64,000 nt of DNA from Clostridia bacterium (lineage in GTDB: Bacteria; Bacillota; Clostridia; JAAYHZ01). The stretch covers positions 384,001 through 448,000 of the forward strand of contig JBMNIH010000003.1 in assembly GCA_050950825.1 (NCBI GenBank). The letters are read 5' to 3'. Both the position numbers and the translations under genes were made by a program. Under the pieces are notes generated by a model that saw nothing but the letters and a program-made list of their open reading frames with translations, was not told where the DNA came from and searched no databases. Shown piece after piece: positions 47,261 through 56,645 of the stretch; position 1 is the stretch's first letter, and the number at the start of each line of letters is the position of its first letter.

Positions 47261-48142
47261 GTGCAAAACCCTGTTGTCATTACCATTTTGGCGATTATCC
47301 TATCTTCTTTGCTTATCGCTTACATAAGGAGAGTAACCAAAGACCGTTGCTTGAAGGCCTTTCAAAACGATTACGTAACCTTGCTGCTGTCTGACCAAAG
47401 GGAAATCAGCGGAAGGCTGGTCGTGGAAAGCACCGGTATCGAAGTGGTGTACGACATTCAAGAATTTGAAGATGAACCCAAGCAAGAGGGAGACGTGTTC
47501 GTTCCGGAGCTGCATCACGCCAGCTTTATTCTGTTTAAAACCGAATTCGGGCAGCTGACCGCCATTTTAAGAAGACACGACGATTTAAGTGATATTGCCA
47601 AAGAAAAGCGAAAAAAAGAAGTGCAAGCCGCCTATCATCCCCGCTTCTTTCGCCGATTAGGTCGAAAAATTCGAAATTTTATCAGCACCATTAAAGACTC
47701 CTTAATGGAAATCGTAACGATCCTTTCCGGGCAATTCGAGGCCGCCCGCCCCGACTCCATCTTAGTCTCCCAAAAGGCGCAGAGGAGCAAAGTGGAAAAA
47801 GAAGTGATCGGCACCATCAGCTATTCTTTCGATGCTTTGTTGGAAAAATACATCGGGAATTTGGTGGTATGCGAGTTTAACATGAACGGTATTAAAACCA
47901 AAGTAACCGGTATCTTGAAAGACTATACCGCCAATTACGTTGAAATTTTAAATGTTCAAATTAAAACCCCCAATGACAAGGAATACAAAGTTGCGGATTT
48001 GATTCTACCGAGAACGCTAGCCACGGTACGGCATGCGGGAGAAGGCACGAATAAGAAAGGCATTTTCAAGAAAGAATTCAGTATTCAGCAGTACAAGAAG
48101 CTGTTGAAAAAAAGATTACATGGCGACGAAGAAAATCAGTGA
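47261..48142 (+). CDS. Membrane-anchored hypothetical protein (possible tandem Sm-like domains)
   Basis: GTG start with SD GAGGAG, N-terminal TM helix, 293 aa. Confidence 0.7.
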   Translation: MQNPVVITILAIILSSLLIAYIRRVTKDRCLKAFQNDYVTLLLSDQREISGRLVVESTGIEVVYDIQEFEDEPKQEGDVFVPELHHASFILFKTEFGQLTAILRRHDDLSDIAKEKRKKEVQAAYHPRFFRRLGRKIRNFISTIKDSLMEIVTILSGQFEAARPDSILVSQKAQRSKVEKEVIGTISYSFDALLEKYIGNLVVCEFNMNGIKTKVTGILKDYTANYVEILNVQIKTPNDKEYKVADLILPRTLATVRHAGEGTNKKGIFKKEFSIQQYKKLLKKRLHGDEENQ

Positions 48143-48405
48143 TCCATTTCAATCACAAAGGAATCGAAATTGACTTTTTCCATAAACTGCTCCGATGTAA
48201 AGATGGTTTTTTTGAATCGGACAAATTCCTTCGTGTTTTTCTTCATCCAAATGGGAATGGGTATATTGAGATTTTTACATATTTCGAGAAGGCATGCTTC
48301 CAATTGGCGGGTCATGTTTAAGCTTGCATCTTCGTTTACCGCCGTTTCCATGGAAATGATTTTATTGTTTTTTAATAACTTCCCCGTTACATTCATTTTT
48401 GACAT
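48136..48405 (-). CDS. Small conserved clostridial hypothetical protein
   Basis: Coupled to the divIC stop; C..L.IP.PIW..KN..EF...F.E...FD pattern recalled from clostridial hypotheticals. Confidence 0.65.
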   Translation of the reverse strand: MSKMNVTGKLLKNNKIISMETAVNEDASLNMTRQLEACLLEICKNLNIPIPIWMKKNTKEFVRFKKTIFTSEQFMEKVNFDSFVIEMDH

Positions 48406-48683
48406 CAATCTTTCAATTCAATGAAAATCTTTTCTCCCGGCATGATGAGTCCCAATCTTTCTCGTGCCACTTTTTCCACATAGGCATCGCTTTCCACAAG
48501 CAGCAGCTGTTCCCGAAGGTCCAGATTTTTCTGTTGGGCTTCCTCCAAGAGGGTTTTTATTTCATTGAGTTGTTTGGTTTTCGCTTGCATTATAGGTTGC
48601 TGAACCGTCATCACGTATGTTACGTAGAAAATGAAACATAACACGATGAGCCTAAATAAAATCCCCCATAGTCTTTTTTTCAT
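48405..48683 (-). CDS. divIC: Septum formation initiator DivIC/FtsB
   Basis: N-terminal TM, coiled coil, YVEKVARERLGLIMPGE; downstream of yabPQ. Confidence 0.88.
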   Translation of the reverse strand: MKKRLWGILFRLIVLCFIFYVTYVMTVQQPIMQAKTKQLNEIKTLLEEAQQKNLDLREQLLLVESDAYVEKVARERLGLIMPGEKIFIELKD

Positions 48684-48746
48684 TTATAACCACTCACCAC
48701 CGCGATTTGCCGTTACCTTCCAACGCATTTCGCATTTATTAAGCCC

Positions 48747-48775
48747 ATTGTATAGAGTTTAAAAGGTCTTGTCAA
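48747..48775 (-). promoter_or_regulatory. SigA promoter for divIC
   Basis: TTGACA-17 nt-TACAAT. Confidence 0.7.
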
Positions 48776-48874
48776 ACTATATTTTCCATTGCTCCTTAAA
48801 AAATTTTACCAAATAACACACGATGTAGATATGCATGAAATTCCATATACCGGGCATAGTGTAACGGCTCTCTG

Positions 48875-49384
48875 TCATTTTTTGAAAAAAATTATTCTGA
48901 ATTTTCGAAGAACTTTAAATAAATCAAATTCCACTTTTCTCGCCGCTTTCCCGGATAGAACGGACAAGACTTTGAAAATACCGTTTAAAATTTTGGCAAT
49001 AAAAAACCAAGCCAATACAAGAGGTTTGGTCAAAACCTTGAAAACGGCGATGAAGACTCTTTTTACCGTAAGGACAAGGGGCACGGAAAAATCCATTACG
49101 GCTTTGCTGAATAAAAGGGAATACAAAACAAGACCGGTGAATATGCCTAAGGCCAAATACCCGCGAAACTCTCCGTAGTGGACAGCATATACCGTGACGG
49201 GTACAAGGACGGCGCAAATCAGCCAAAACAACAAATCCTCGATATGAACAAAAAAACCCGCCAACTTAAAAGCCCGTCTTCGGATGCGAAACAAATCGTA
49301 CAGAAAGGAAATGATCATTCCCAAGGCAATAAAAATTAAAAAGACCGTCAACTGTTCGGTGGCGCTGAAAAGAACACCTTTCAT
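48875..49384 (-). CDS. yabQ: Spore cortex biosynthesis protein YabQ
   Basis: G....LYDLFRI.R, EDLLFW, GEFRGY; follows yabP. Confidence 0.88.
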   Translation of the reverse strand: MKGVLFSATEQLTVFLIFIALGMIISFLYDLFRIRRRAFKLAGFFVHIEDLLFWLICAVLVPVTVYAVHYGEFRGYLALGIFTGLVLYSLLFSKAVMDFSVPLVLTVKRVFIAVFKVLTKPLVLAWFFIAKILNGIFKVLSVLSGKAARKVEFDLFKVLRKFRIIFFKK

Positions 49385-49390
49385 ACCGAT

Positions 49391-49675
49391 TTATTTACCC
49401 CACACGCTTTTGGGCTTTTTCTTTACGGATTTGTCATCGTAGACAAGGGCGGTAATATCACCTTCAATGGTCAGCTTTTTGTTCTCCACGTCCAGCTTGA
49501 CGATCCTTAAGGAGGATCCTCGGATTTCCATATAGCCGAACTCGGTGGAAAGCAGTATGTAGTCCTCGTTAAAATGGTCCACATCGACCACTCCGGTCAT
49601 ATCCACCTTTTTTCGGTTACTCAATATTAAATTATGGGATCCTCTCGTTTCATTGACGGTTTTCGGATCAGCCAC
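49391..49675 (-). CDS. yabP: Sporulation protein YabP
   Basis: HNLILSNRK...TGV.DV..F.E..I.L.T..G...I.G..L.I..LD. Confidence 0.88.
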   Translation of the reverse strand: MADPKTVNETRGSHNLILSNRKKVDMTGVVDVDHFNEDYILLSTEFGYMEIRGSSLRIVKLDVENKKLTIEGDITALVYDDKSVKKKPKSVWGK

Positions 49676-49716
49676 GACAATCTCCCTCCCCTATATTAAT
49701 ACCGGTACGGTATTAA

Positions 49717-49725
49717 ATATATATG
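49717..49725 (-). promoter_or_regulatory. Candidate SigE -10 element for yabPQ
   Basis: CATATATAT upstream of yabP; yabPQ is SigE-dependent in Bacillus subtilis. The -35 element is not clear. Confidence 0.4.
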
Positions 49726-49744
49726 AGAGGAAACCGCCGTTCAT

Positions 49745-49987
49745 TCATGAAATGATCTCGTACATTTCTTTGGATTCGTTTTTCTTTACATTCTCGGCTA
49801 CATACAGAATTTTCGCTTTTACCGTTTTGTCACCGAAGGTGATTTCCAATATGTCTCCTTCTTTGACCGGGGTAGAAGGCTTCGCCGTTTTGCCGTTCAG
49901 CGTAACTCTGCCGTTGTCGCAGGCTTCGTTGGCTACCGTCCTTCTTTTAATAATCCTTGACACTTTAAGAAACTTATCCAATCTCAT
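49745..49987 (-). CDS. yabO: S4-domain RNA-binding protein YabO/RqcP (Hsp15-like)
   Basis: MRLDKFLKVSRIIKRRTVANEAC..GRV..NG..AKP. Confidence 0.93.
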   Translation of the reverse strand: MRLDKFLKVSRIIKRRTVANEACDNGRVTLNGKTAKPSTPVKEGDILEITFGDKTVKAKILYVAENVKKNESKEMYEIIS

Positions 49988-49989
49988 TT

Positions 49990-50676
49990 TTACTCATTCT
50001 CTCCTTTTTGAGAAAACCCGTTTACAAACCTCTTTACGGTTTTGCTCACGGCAATTTCCGGATCAATTTTAAAGAAGCGGCATACGTTGACGACGGAAAA
50101 GAGCAATTCTCCAAACAATTGCTCAAGGTCGGCCTTATTCGTATGATCGATCCCTTCCTTCAACCGGTTCGATTTTTCTTCCCACAAAGCAACGGCTTCG
50201 GAAAGATTTTTGCTGCCGTATCCCGCCGAGGCGGCTTTTTCTTGCACCTTGAAGCTTTTCATCAGCCCGGGAAAGGATGCGGGAACAGCTTCCATGGCTT
50301 CGGATAAGGATCGATTTCCTTTTTCGGTTTCTTTGTTCTTTCGCCACAGCTTTAAAACTTCCTCCGCGTTTTCAGCCGTATCGTTGCCGAATATATGGGA
50401 GTGGCGCGATACGAGCTTGTCGCAGATCCTTTTTTCCACCTGCTCGTAATCAAATCGGTTCTCTTCTTGGGCGATGACGCAGTGAAAGGCAATTTGCAAA
50501 AGCAAATCTCCCAATTCTTCGCACAATGCGGAATCGTCTTTTGACTCGATGGCATCCACGACTTCGTAAGCTTCTTCTATTACATTGGTCCTTAAGCTTT
50601 CGTGGGTTTGCTCGCGATCCCAAGGACAGCCGTTAGGACCTCTCAACCTTTTCATGATCTTTAATAAATCTTCCAT
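49990..50676 (-). CDS. mazG: MazG nucleoside triphosphate pyrophosphohydrolase (short form)
   Basis: GCPWDREQTHESL, EEAYEV, EELGDLLLQ; second domain degenerate (LFGELLFSVVN). Confidence 0.88.
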   Translation of the reverse strand: MEDLLKIMKRLRGPNGCPWDREQTHESLRTNVIEEAYEVVDAIESKDDSALCEELGDLLLQIAFHCVIAQEENRFDYEQVEKRICDKLVSRHSHIFGNDTAENAEEVLKLWRKNKETEKGNRSLSEAMEAVPASFPGLMKSFKVQEKAASAGYGSKNLSEAVALWEEKSNRLKEGIDHTNKADLEQLFGELLFSVVNVCRFFKIDPEIAVSKTVKRFVNGFSQKGENE

Positions 50677-50697
50677 CCTATGCCTCCCGGTTTTCTG

Positions 50698-51561
50698 TTA
50701 CTCATTCATCCTTCCGGAAACAACCCTTTCGATACCGTTATAATCCTTTGTGATTTCCAAGAAAGTAAAGCCCTCCTCTTCCATGATACGGTAAACGGAT
50801 CTTGCTTGGTCGTATCCCGTCTCAAATAGCAAAAAGCCGCCGTCGTTTAAAAAACTTTTTGCTTCCTTTGCAATTCTTCGATAAAAAGCCAAGCCTTCCT
50901 CGTCGGCTACCAAAGCAAGGACCGGCTCATGGCACCTTACTTCCTTTTGCAGGGTCAAAAATTCCGAAGGTTTTATGTAGGGCGGATTGGAGACAATCAT
51001 GTCGTACTTATCGGACAAGCCGGAAAAAAGATCCGATTCGATGAATCGAACACGCTTTTCCGCTCCGTTTAATAAAGCGTTTTTTCGAGCAACCGCCAGA
51101 GCCTCCTTGCTGATATCCGTTGCATCCACCGTACAAGCGGGATTTAACAAAGCGATGCTTACCGCAATGCATCCGCTCCCTGTCCCTATATCCAAAACCT
51201 TGGCTTTCGGATTGTCTTTCAAAAAATCCAAAGCCTTTTGAACCAAAACCTCCGTATCCTGCCTTGGGATTAAAACGTTTTCGTCCACATAAAACTCAAA
51301 ATCCATAAAATAGGCTTTACGTGTCAAATACCGGGAAGGCACCCCTTCCTTTCTTTTCTCCGTCAAAGCCATGGCTTTTTGAACGTCCTCTTCGCTTACC
51401 GGTTTTTCCGGCTTCATATATACAAAAAAGGGCTCTTCCTTTAAAACGTAAGACAAAAGGATCCGGCTTTCCAAATCGAAATCCTCGATCCCCGAAGCCT
51501 TCAATTGATTCTTCATGTATCGATACAATTGGGCTGCGGTCTTGATCTCTTCCATTACCAC
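50698..51561 (-). CDS. prmC: Release factor glutamine methyltransferase PrmC
   Basis: VLIPRQDTE, LDIGTGSGCIA, SNPPYI, EP..AL. Confidence 0.93.
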   Translation of the reverse strand: MVMEEIKTAAQLYRYMKNQLKASGIEDFDLESRILLSYVLKEEPFFVYMKPEKPVSEEDVQKAMALTEKRKEGVPSRYLTRKAYFMDFEFYVDENVLIPRQDTEVLVQKALDFLKDNPKAKVLDIGTGSGCIAVSIALLNPACTVDATDISKEALAVARKNALLNGAEKRVRFIESDLFSGLSDKYDMIVSNPPYIKPSEFLTLQKEVRCHEPVLALVADEEGLAFYRRIAKEAKSFLNDGGFLLFETGYDQARSVYRIMEEEGFTFLEITKDYNGIERVVSGRMNE

Positions 51562-52514
51562 TTATCCTCGTCCCCGTCGGTTTTTACCTTGTTAAACGCC
51601 GTGATGGCCACTTCCAGCATGGAATCGTCCGGCTCATCGGTGGTAAACCTTTGCAAAAACATTCCCGGAGCACTGACGATGCGTGTAAGCAAGTTGTCGT
51701 ATTTTCCGGCAAGTCTTAAAAGCTCGTAAGAGAGGCCGGCTACCAAAGGAATCAAGGCAATACGAACCGCCATATTTAAGAGTCTGGAATGCCATCCTAC
51801 AAGAGAAAACAAAAGGATGCTTACGATCATCACGATAAACAAAAAGGAGGTTCCGCATCGGGGATTGTGCGTTGACATCTTCCGAGCATTTTCGACGGTG
51901 ATTTCCAATCCGGCTTCGTAACAATTAATGGTTTTGTGTTCCGCTCCGTGATACTTCCACACCCTTTGTATATCCTCCAGCTTGGTGGCCAATATGATGT
52001 ACGCAAAGAAGATGGTGATACGCAGCACGCCTTCAATAATATTATTCAAAACGTTGCTTTTAATACCCAAAAAGCCGGTTAACAGGTTGGGCAGCAGTAT
52101 GAACAAACCGACGGAAAGGCAAACGGACAAAAACACGGCAAAATAGATGGCCGCATCCTTCGCTTTGTCTCCCAATTTATCTTCCAAAAACTTTTCGAAT
52201 TTCGAGGGTTCTTCCTCAATGTCCTCTTCGATATCCACAAAATCCGCGGAAAACATCAAGGACTTGATTCCCAAAACCATCTGGCGTATTAAATTGTATC
52301 CCCCTCGGACAACGGGAATTTTCGTCCACACGGTTTTTTTAGGCATGGGCTTTACCGAAACTTCCATTCCTCCGTCCGGTTTTCGAACCACAACAGCGTA
52401 TTTTTTCGGCCCGATCATCATGATACCTTCGATTAAGGCCATTCCCCCTATGGAAGTCTTTTTTACAACACAGCTTTCTTCTTTCTTTTGTAATTGATCC
52501 GAAGATGTCATCAT
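51555..52514 (-). CDS. DUF1385 (YqhQ-like) membrane metal-binding protein
   Basis: IGGMALIEGIMM, YHGAEHK, PRCGTSF, LQRFTT.EPD. Confidence 0.88.
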   Translation of the reverse strand: MMTSSDQLQKKEESCVVKKTSIGGMALIEGIMMIGPKKYAVVVRKPDGGMEVSVKPMPKKTVWTKIPVVRGGYNLIRQMVLGIKSLMFSADFVDIEEDIEEEPSKFEKFLEDKLGDKAKDAAIYFAVFLSVCLSVGLFILLPNLLTGFLGIKSNVLNNIIEGVLRITIFFAYIILATKLEDIQRVWKYHGAEHKTINCYEAGLEITVENARKMSTHNPRCGTSFLFIVMIVSILLFSLVGWHSRLLNMAVRIALIPLVAGLSYELLRLAGKYDNLLTRIVSAPGMFLQRFTTDEPDDSMLEVAITAFNKVKTDGDEDKW

Positions 52515-52582
52515 TCTTCTATTTTACCCTTTCGAATTTATTTCGATTTGCCGTTTTATTATATCACACAAAAATCAATGCA

Positions 52583-52615
52583 AAAAGAAAAAGCATCGTC
52601 ATTCGAGATGCTTCA
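52583..52615 (-). terminator. Terminator after rpmE
   Basis: Minus strand AAGCATC...GATGCTT followed by TTTCTTTT. Confidence 0.6.
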
Positions 52616-52647
52616 TCTTTCATCCAATATATAAGCGCTTTGAAACC

Positions 52648-52851
52648 TTATTTTTTAAATCCGTACTTTTTATTAAACTTATCAACCCGTCCGCCGGAAT
52701 CCACAAGCTTTTGTTTTCCCGTAAAGAAAGGATGACATTTCGAACATATATCCACTCTCAATTCTTCCACCGTGGAATTGGTTTCAAACTGTTCTCCGCA
52801 AGCACATTTGACGATTGTCTTTCCGTATTTCGGATGTATACCTTTTTTCAT
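52648..52851 (-). CDS. rpmE: 50S ribosomal protein L31 (zinc-binding type)
   Basis: MKKGIHP.Y...CACG...[22 protein letters not shown]. Confidence 0.97.
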   Translation of the reverse strand: MKKGIHPKYGKTIVKCACGEQFETNSTVEELRVDICSKCHPFFTGKQKLVDSGGRVDKFNKKYGFKK

Positions 52852-52960
52852 AATCTATTTCACCTCTCTCACCTGAATAAAGGGACGAATCCCGTGAAAA
52901 TCTCGTACATAAAGCCGGTTTATCCCGCATGGACATAAACCTTTTAAGCAAGCAAATAAG

Positions 52961-52989
52961 ATGATAACATACTGCATGAAAATATGCAA
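52961..52989 (-). promoter_or_regulatory. SigA promoter for rpmE (about 100-nt leader)
   Basis: TTGCAT-17 nt-TATCAT with TG at the extended -10 position. Confidence 0.6.
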
Positions 52990-53039
52990 GAGTTTCGTTT
53001 TGTAATTACTTAAGTTTTTACAAGGGTTTTTACAAGCAA

Positions 53040-54830
53040 TTACAAGGGCTTGTTGTTTTCTAAAAAGCTTTTATCAAACAAATTGGTATTGATGGATGAC
53101 AAAAACTCGGCATTGTTCTTTGTTTTTTGCAATTTATTAAGCAAAAATTCGGTCACTTCGGCGGTCCCCAAATTGCTCATGGCCTTGCGAATGGTCCAAA
53201 CGCTTTCCAATTCCTTCTTCGACAGCAGCAATTCTTCACGTCGGGTACCGGACTTGTTGACATCAATAGCCGGGAAAATACGTTTTTCGGACAATTTACG
53301 ATCCAAATGAAGCTCCATATTACCGGTTCCTTTAAATTCTTCATATATAACGTCGTCCATTCGGCTGCCGGTGTCCACCAATGCGGTGGCAATAACGGTC
53401 AAGCTTCCTCCGTTTTCGATGTTTCTCGCGGCACCGAAGAATCGCTTCGGACTATGCAGCGCACCGGGGTCCAAGCCTCCGGACAAGGTCCTGCCGGTAG
53501 GAGGAATCGTCAAGTTGTAGGCTCGCGCCAATCTTGTAATACTGTCTAAAAGAATCACTACGTCTTTTTTATGCTCAACCAAACGCTCCGCTCTTTTCAG
53601 GACCATTTCCGCAACCTTAATGTGATTTTCAGGCAACTGATCGAATGTGGAATACAAGATTTCTCCTTGAATGGACCTTTGCATATCCGTCACTTCTTCC
53701 GGACGCTCGTCGATCAATAACACAATCAAGTGAACATCGCTGTAGTTTTTGGTTATGGAATTTGCAATCTTCTTTAAAAGCATGGTTTTACCGGCCTTCG
53801 GCGGAGATACGATCATACCGCGCTGGCCTTTTCCGATGGGAGCAATAATATCGATTAAACGGGTAGACAAATCCTTGTCGTCCGTTTCCAACGTCAATCT
53901 TTCATTGGGGAAAATCGGTGTCAAATCCTTAAACGGAATTCGATTGATCGCCACTTCGGGGTCATCGCCGTTAACGGAAAGGACATGAAGTAACGCTTGG
54001 AATTTCTCGCCGGATTTCGGCGTCCTTCCTTTACCTACGATATAGTCTCCGGTTTTTAAATTCATTTTACGTATTTGAGACGGGGAAACATAGATATCGT
54101 TGGGGCCGGATAAATAATTGGCCGATCGTAAAAATCCGTAGCCGTCGGGCAATACCTCCAATACGCCTTCCACCTGTTCGTCGTCATCTTCGTATTTATC
54201 TTCGATTTGGTCCTTCTGGTCCTCTTCCGATTGGCGGCCGGCGTCGGCGTTTACCTTCTTGATTTTGTAATCGTTTTTCGCTTGCGGCTTGCCTTTTGAT
54301 TTTCCTCGTTCAACGATATTCAAGGACTCTTCCGGCGCTTGAGGTATTCTTCCGCCGGTGACTCGTTTCATTTTGACGGGCGAATCCTCCGATTCTTGCG
54401 CCTCTTGCCGGTACAAGGAACCGGACAATTTTTCTCCGTGTACGGAAGTATACGGTTCTTTTTTCTCTTCGACTTCTTTTTTCTCTTCGGATACGACTTC
54501 TTCCGTTTCCGCTTTCGGAACATCGGATTCGGTAATTTTCTTTTCTTCTTCTATGGTCTCGGGGGTTTGTTCAAGCCGGTCGGCTTCTTGCTCTTCCGGC
54601 TCTTGATCATCCACAATATCCGTTTCCGCGTCAATAAACGCCGTATCTTGGATCTGTTCATCCGACTCGGCTTCTTTTGCCTTCGCTTCCTCTTGATAGG
54701 TCTTCGCCTTTTCTAATATTTTGTCCACCAGCTCGTTTTTTCTGTATCGAGTAATACTTTTTATCTCCATCATTTTTGCAATATATCGCAAATCTTCAAG
54801 TTTCTTCTTTAACAAGTCACTTTTTTGCAT
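53040..54830 (-). CDS. rho: Transcription termination factor Rho with a long N-terminal insertion
   Basis: [53 protein letters not shown]. Confidence 0.97.
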   Translation of the reverse strand: MQKSDLLKKKLEDLRYIAKMMEIKSITRYRKNELVDKILEKAKTYQEEAKAKEAESDEQIQDTAFIDAETDIVDDQEPEEQEADRLEQTPETIEEEKKITESDVPKAETEEVVSEEKKEVEEKKEPYTSVHGEKLSGSLYRQEAQESEDSPVKMKRVTGGRIPQAPEESLNIVERGKSKGKPQAKNDYKIKKVNADAGRQSEEDQKDQIEDKYEDDDEQVEGVLEVLPDGYGFLRSANYLSGPNDIYVSPSQIRKMNLKTGDYIVGKGRTPKSGEKFQALLHVLSVNGDDPEVAINRIPFKDLTPIFPNERLTLETDDKDLSTRLIDIIAPIGKGQRGMIVSPPKAGKTMLLKKIANSITKNYSDVHLIVLLIDERPEEVTDMQRSIQGEILYSTFDQLPENHIKVAEMVLKRAERLVEHKKDVVILLDSITRLARAYNLTIPPTGRTLSGGLDPGALHSPKRFFGAARNIENGGSLTVIATALVDTGSRMDDVIYEEFKGTGNMELHLDRKLSEKRIFPAIDVNKSGTRREELLLSKKELESVWTIRKAMSNLGTAEVTEFLLNKLQKTKNNAEFLSSINTNLFDKSFLENNKPL

Positions 54831-55220
54831 ACGACACCACCTTAATCCGGTTTTTTTCTTTAATTTTTTGCTCTATCATGAAACTATACTTTGAAATTAC
54901 AGCGTAAAAGTATGATTACAATAGCCAAGAATGAACGATATCCAATGTGAAGTCTTATAAGTACCTTTAAACGATTTTTAACGACAATCGCATTCACGAA
55001 AATCTTTTAGTTGTAAAATCGGGTATGGATTTTCTTATGGAGGTCAAACATTTAGACGACTTCACAATGACTCTATCAATCAAAGGCAGCAAATTGCTCT
55101 AGATTCCCATTCATCAGTCCTATTGTATCATATGGATTGTCAATTGTACATATACCAATTATACTATATTACCGAGAATTTATACAATTATCTAAAAATT
55201 TTCTTGGCTTTTTCTAAAAC

Positions 55221-56255
55221 TTATCCCCCTGCTTGTTTTAACCTGTAGCGCTCGATCTCCCAACCGTATATAAAGTTCTTTTGCTCTTGGGTCAATACCG
55301 AAAGACTTAAGTGCAATCGCTTAACGGTATCCAAAACGTAAAGATATGCCGCTAACGTATCTTCAATACCGGATGCTTCTCGTTCTCCTGCATTATACAG
55401 TACCTTTCCGTTTTGTTCAACCGATATTTTTCCGGTATTGAGCGCAAATGCTTTATTCAAATACACCAATTGGTCCGGGTATAAAGCGTATCGATCCAAG
55501 AATTCAAAATTGGCTTTCGAAGAATCAAACAATGAAAGGACAATTTCCCCCGTGCTTTCATAGACGTTGTCATCCGTTTTTCGTATTCCGGGCGTCGGAT
55601 AGGGCTGCGGCAGACCGAAATATTCAATGATTCGACGGTTCACCTGAAGGTGAAGATCTATACAGGCGTCCGGTGTCGCTTCGGAAACAATCAATCCGTG
55701 GTTTTGCATGAAAATGACTTTCGGGAAAATACCGGTTTTGTCCAACCTCTCCCGGATCCCTTTCCTTATTTCCCAAGAAAGAGTAAAGCCCGGATTCACA
55801 TAGGGAACCCAAAGGAACAGCTCCGAAGGAAAAATTTCGGACGCAAGGGATTCTCCTTCCTTCGAGCAGCAAAGAATGTTGGCATAAACCGAATGAGAGT
55901 GGATTACCACCTTATCTAAAAAAGAATGAAAAGGAGCCTCAACGGAAGGGCGCATTTTTTCGAGTCCCGGAATATCCGTAATATTCCGGTTAACAAAAGA
56001 TACCATGTCGCTTTCGTAATCGATACCCGACGAAAAATCCACCTTGTCAAAATAGTCGAGTATGGCTTTCCGGTTCACAACGACAAAGCCTTTGCTCGGC
56101 GTCATTTCGTTTAACCGTAAGCCGCTGGCCTTGATGGCCATGAATTCATCCCCGAACTTAACGGAGGTGTTGCCGCCTCCGCTTTGAATCAAATCCGGTT
56201 CTTTACCTACCGCAACCGATATGCGGGCTAAATCTTCAAAATGTTCGGAATACAT
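55221..56255 (-). CDS. Class II aldolase/adducin family protein (RhaD-like ketose-1-phosphate aldolase)
   Basis: GGGNTSVK, KASG, RPSVE, H...HSH, MQNHG zinc ligands, PDQLVY. Confidence 0.85.
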   Translation of the reverse strand: MYSEHFEDLARISVAVGKEPDLIQSGGGNTSVKFGDEFMAIKASGLRLNEMTPSKGFVVVNRKAILDYFDKVDFSSGIDYESDMVSFVNRNITDIPGLEKMRPSVEAPFHSFLDKVVIHSHSVYANILCCSKEGESLASEIFPSELFLWVPYVNPGFTLSWEIRKGIRERLDKTGIFPKVIFMQNHGLIVSEATPDACIDLHLQVNRRIIEYFGLPQPYPTPGIRKTDDNVYESTGEIVLSLFDSSKANFEFLDRYALYPDQLVYLNKAFALNTGKISVEQNGKVLYNAGEREASGIEDTLAAYLYVLDTVKRLHLSLSVLTQEQKNFIYGWEIERYRLKQAGG

Positions 56256-56270
56256 ACATTCTATCCTTCC

Positions 56271-56642
56271 TTACAAGGGATACGCGATGGTCGTCATGAG
56301 AGCCATTTCCGCCTGGGTGGTATCCATACGGCTGTATTGGACCACAATCTCTACGTTGCTTTCCACCAAAATAGCGTAAGGTACTCCTCTCGGGACGCCT
56401 ATGCCTTCTTCGTTTCGAATTTTATCCATACGGATATGGTTCGTCCGTTCCGCTTTGCAAACGGCCTTGAAACCGCCCATCTTTTCCCGGTCCTCAAAAT
56501 ACAGGGTCATGGTGATTTCGGCATCCTGATCGCTCGTATTCAACACGCAAACGGCGTCATGACTGTGAAACTTTCCGCTGCTTTCTTTCGGATAATACGC
56601 ATCCGGAATGAGCCAAACCTTGCTTCCAATTTTCTTATCCAT
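56271..56642 (-). CDS. ASRT (Anabaena sensory rhodopsin transducer) family protein
   Basis: G.KVWLIPDAYYP, SHDAVCVLN, YFEDRE, ERTNHIR, VVQYSRMDTTQAE.ALMTTIAY. Confidence 0.85.
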   Translation of the reverse strand: MDKKIGSKVWLIPDAYYPKESSGKFHSHDAVCVLNTSDQDAEITMTLYFEDREKMGGFKAVCKAERTNHIRMDKIRNEEGIGVPRGVPYAILVESNVEIVVQYSRMDTTQAEMALMTTIAYPL

Positions 56643-56645
56643 CTT

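Noticed and set aside
52852-52955. Possible L31 autoregulatory leader RNA
   Set aside because: Position and length fit, but I cannot verify the structure by eye; needs an Rfam covariance search.
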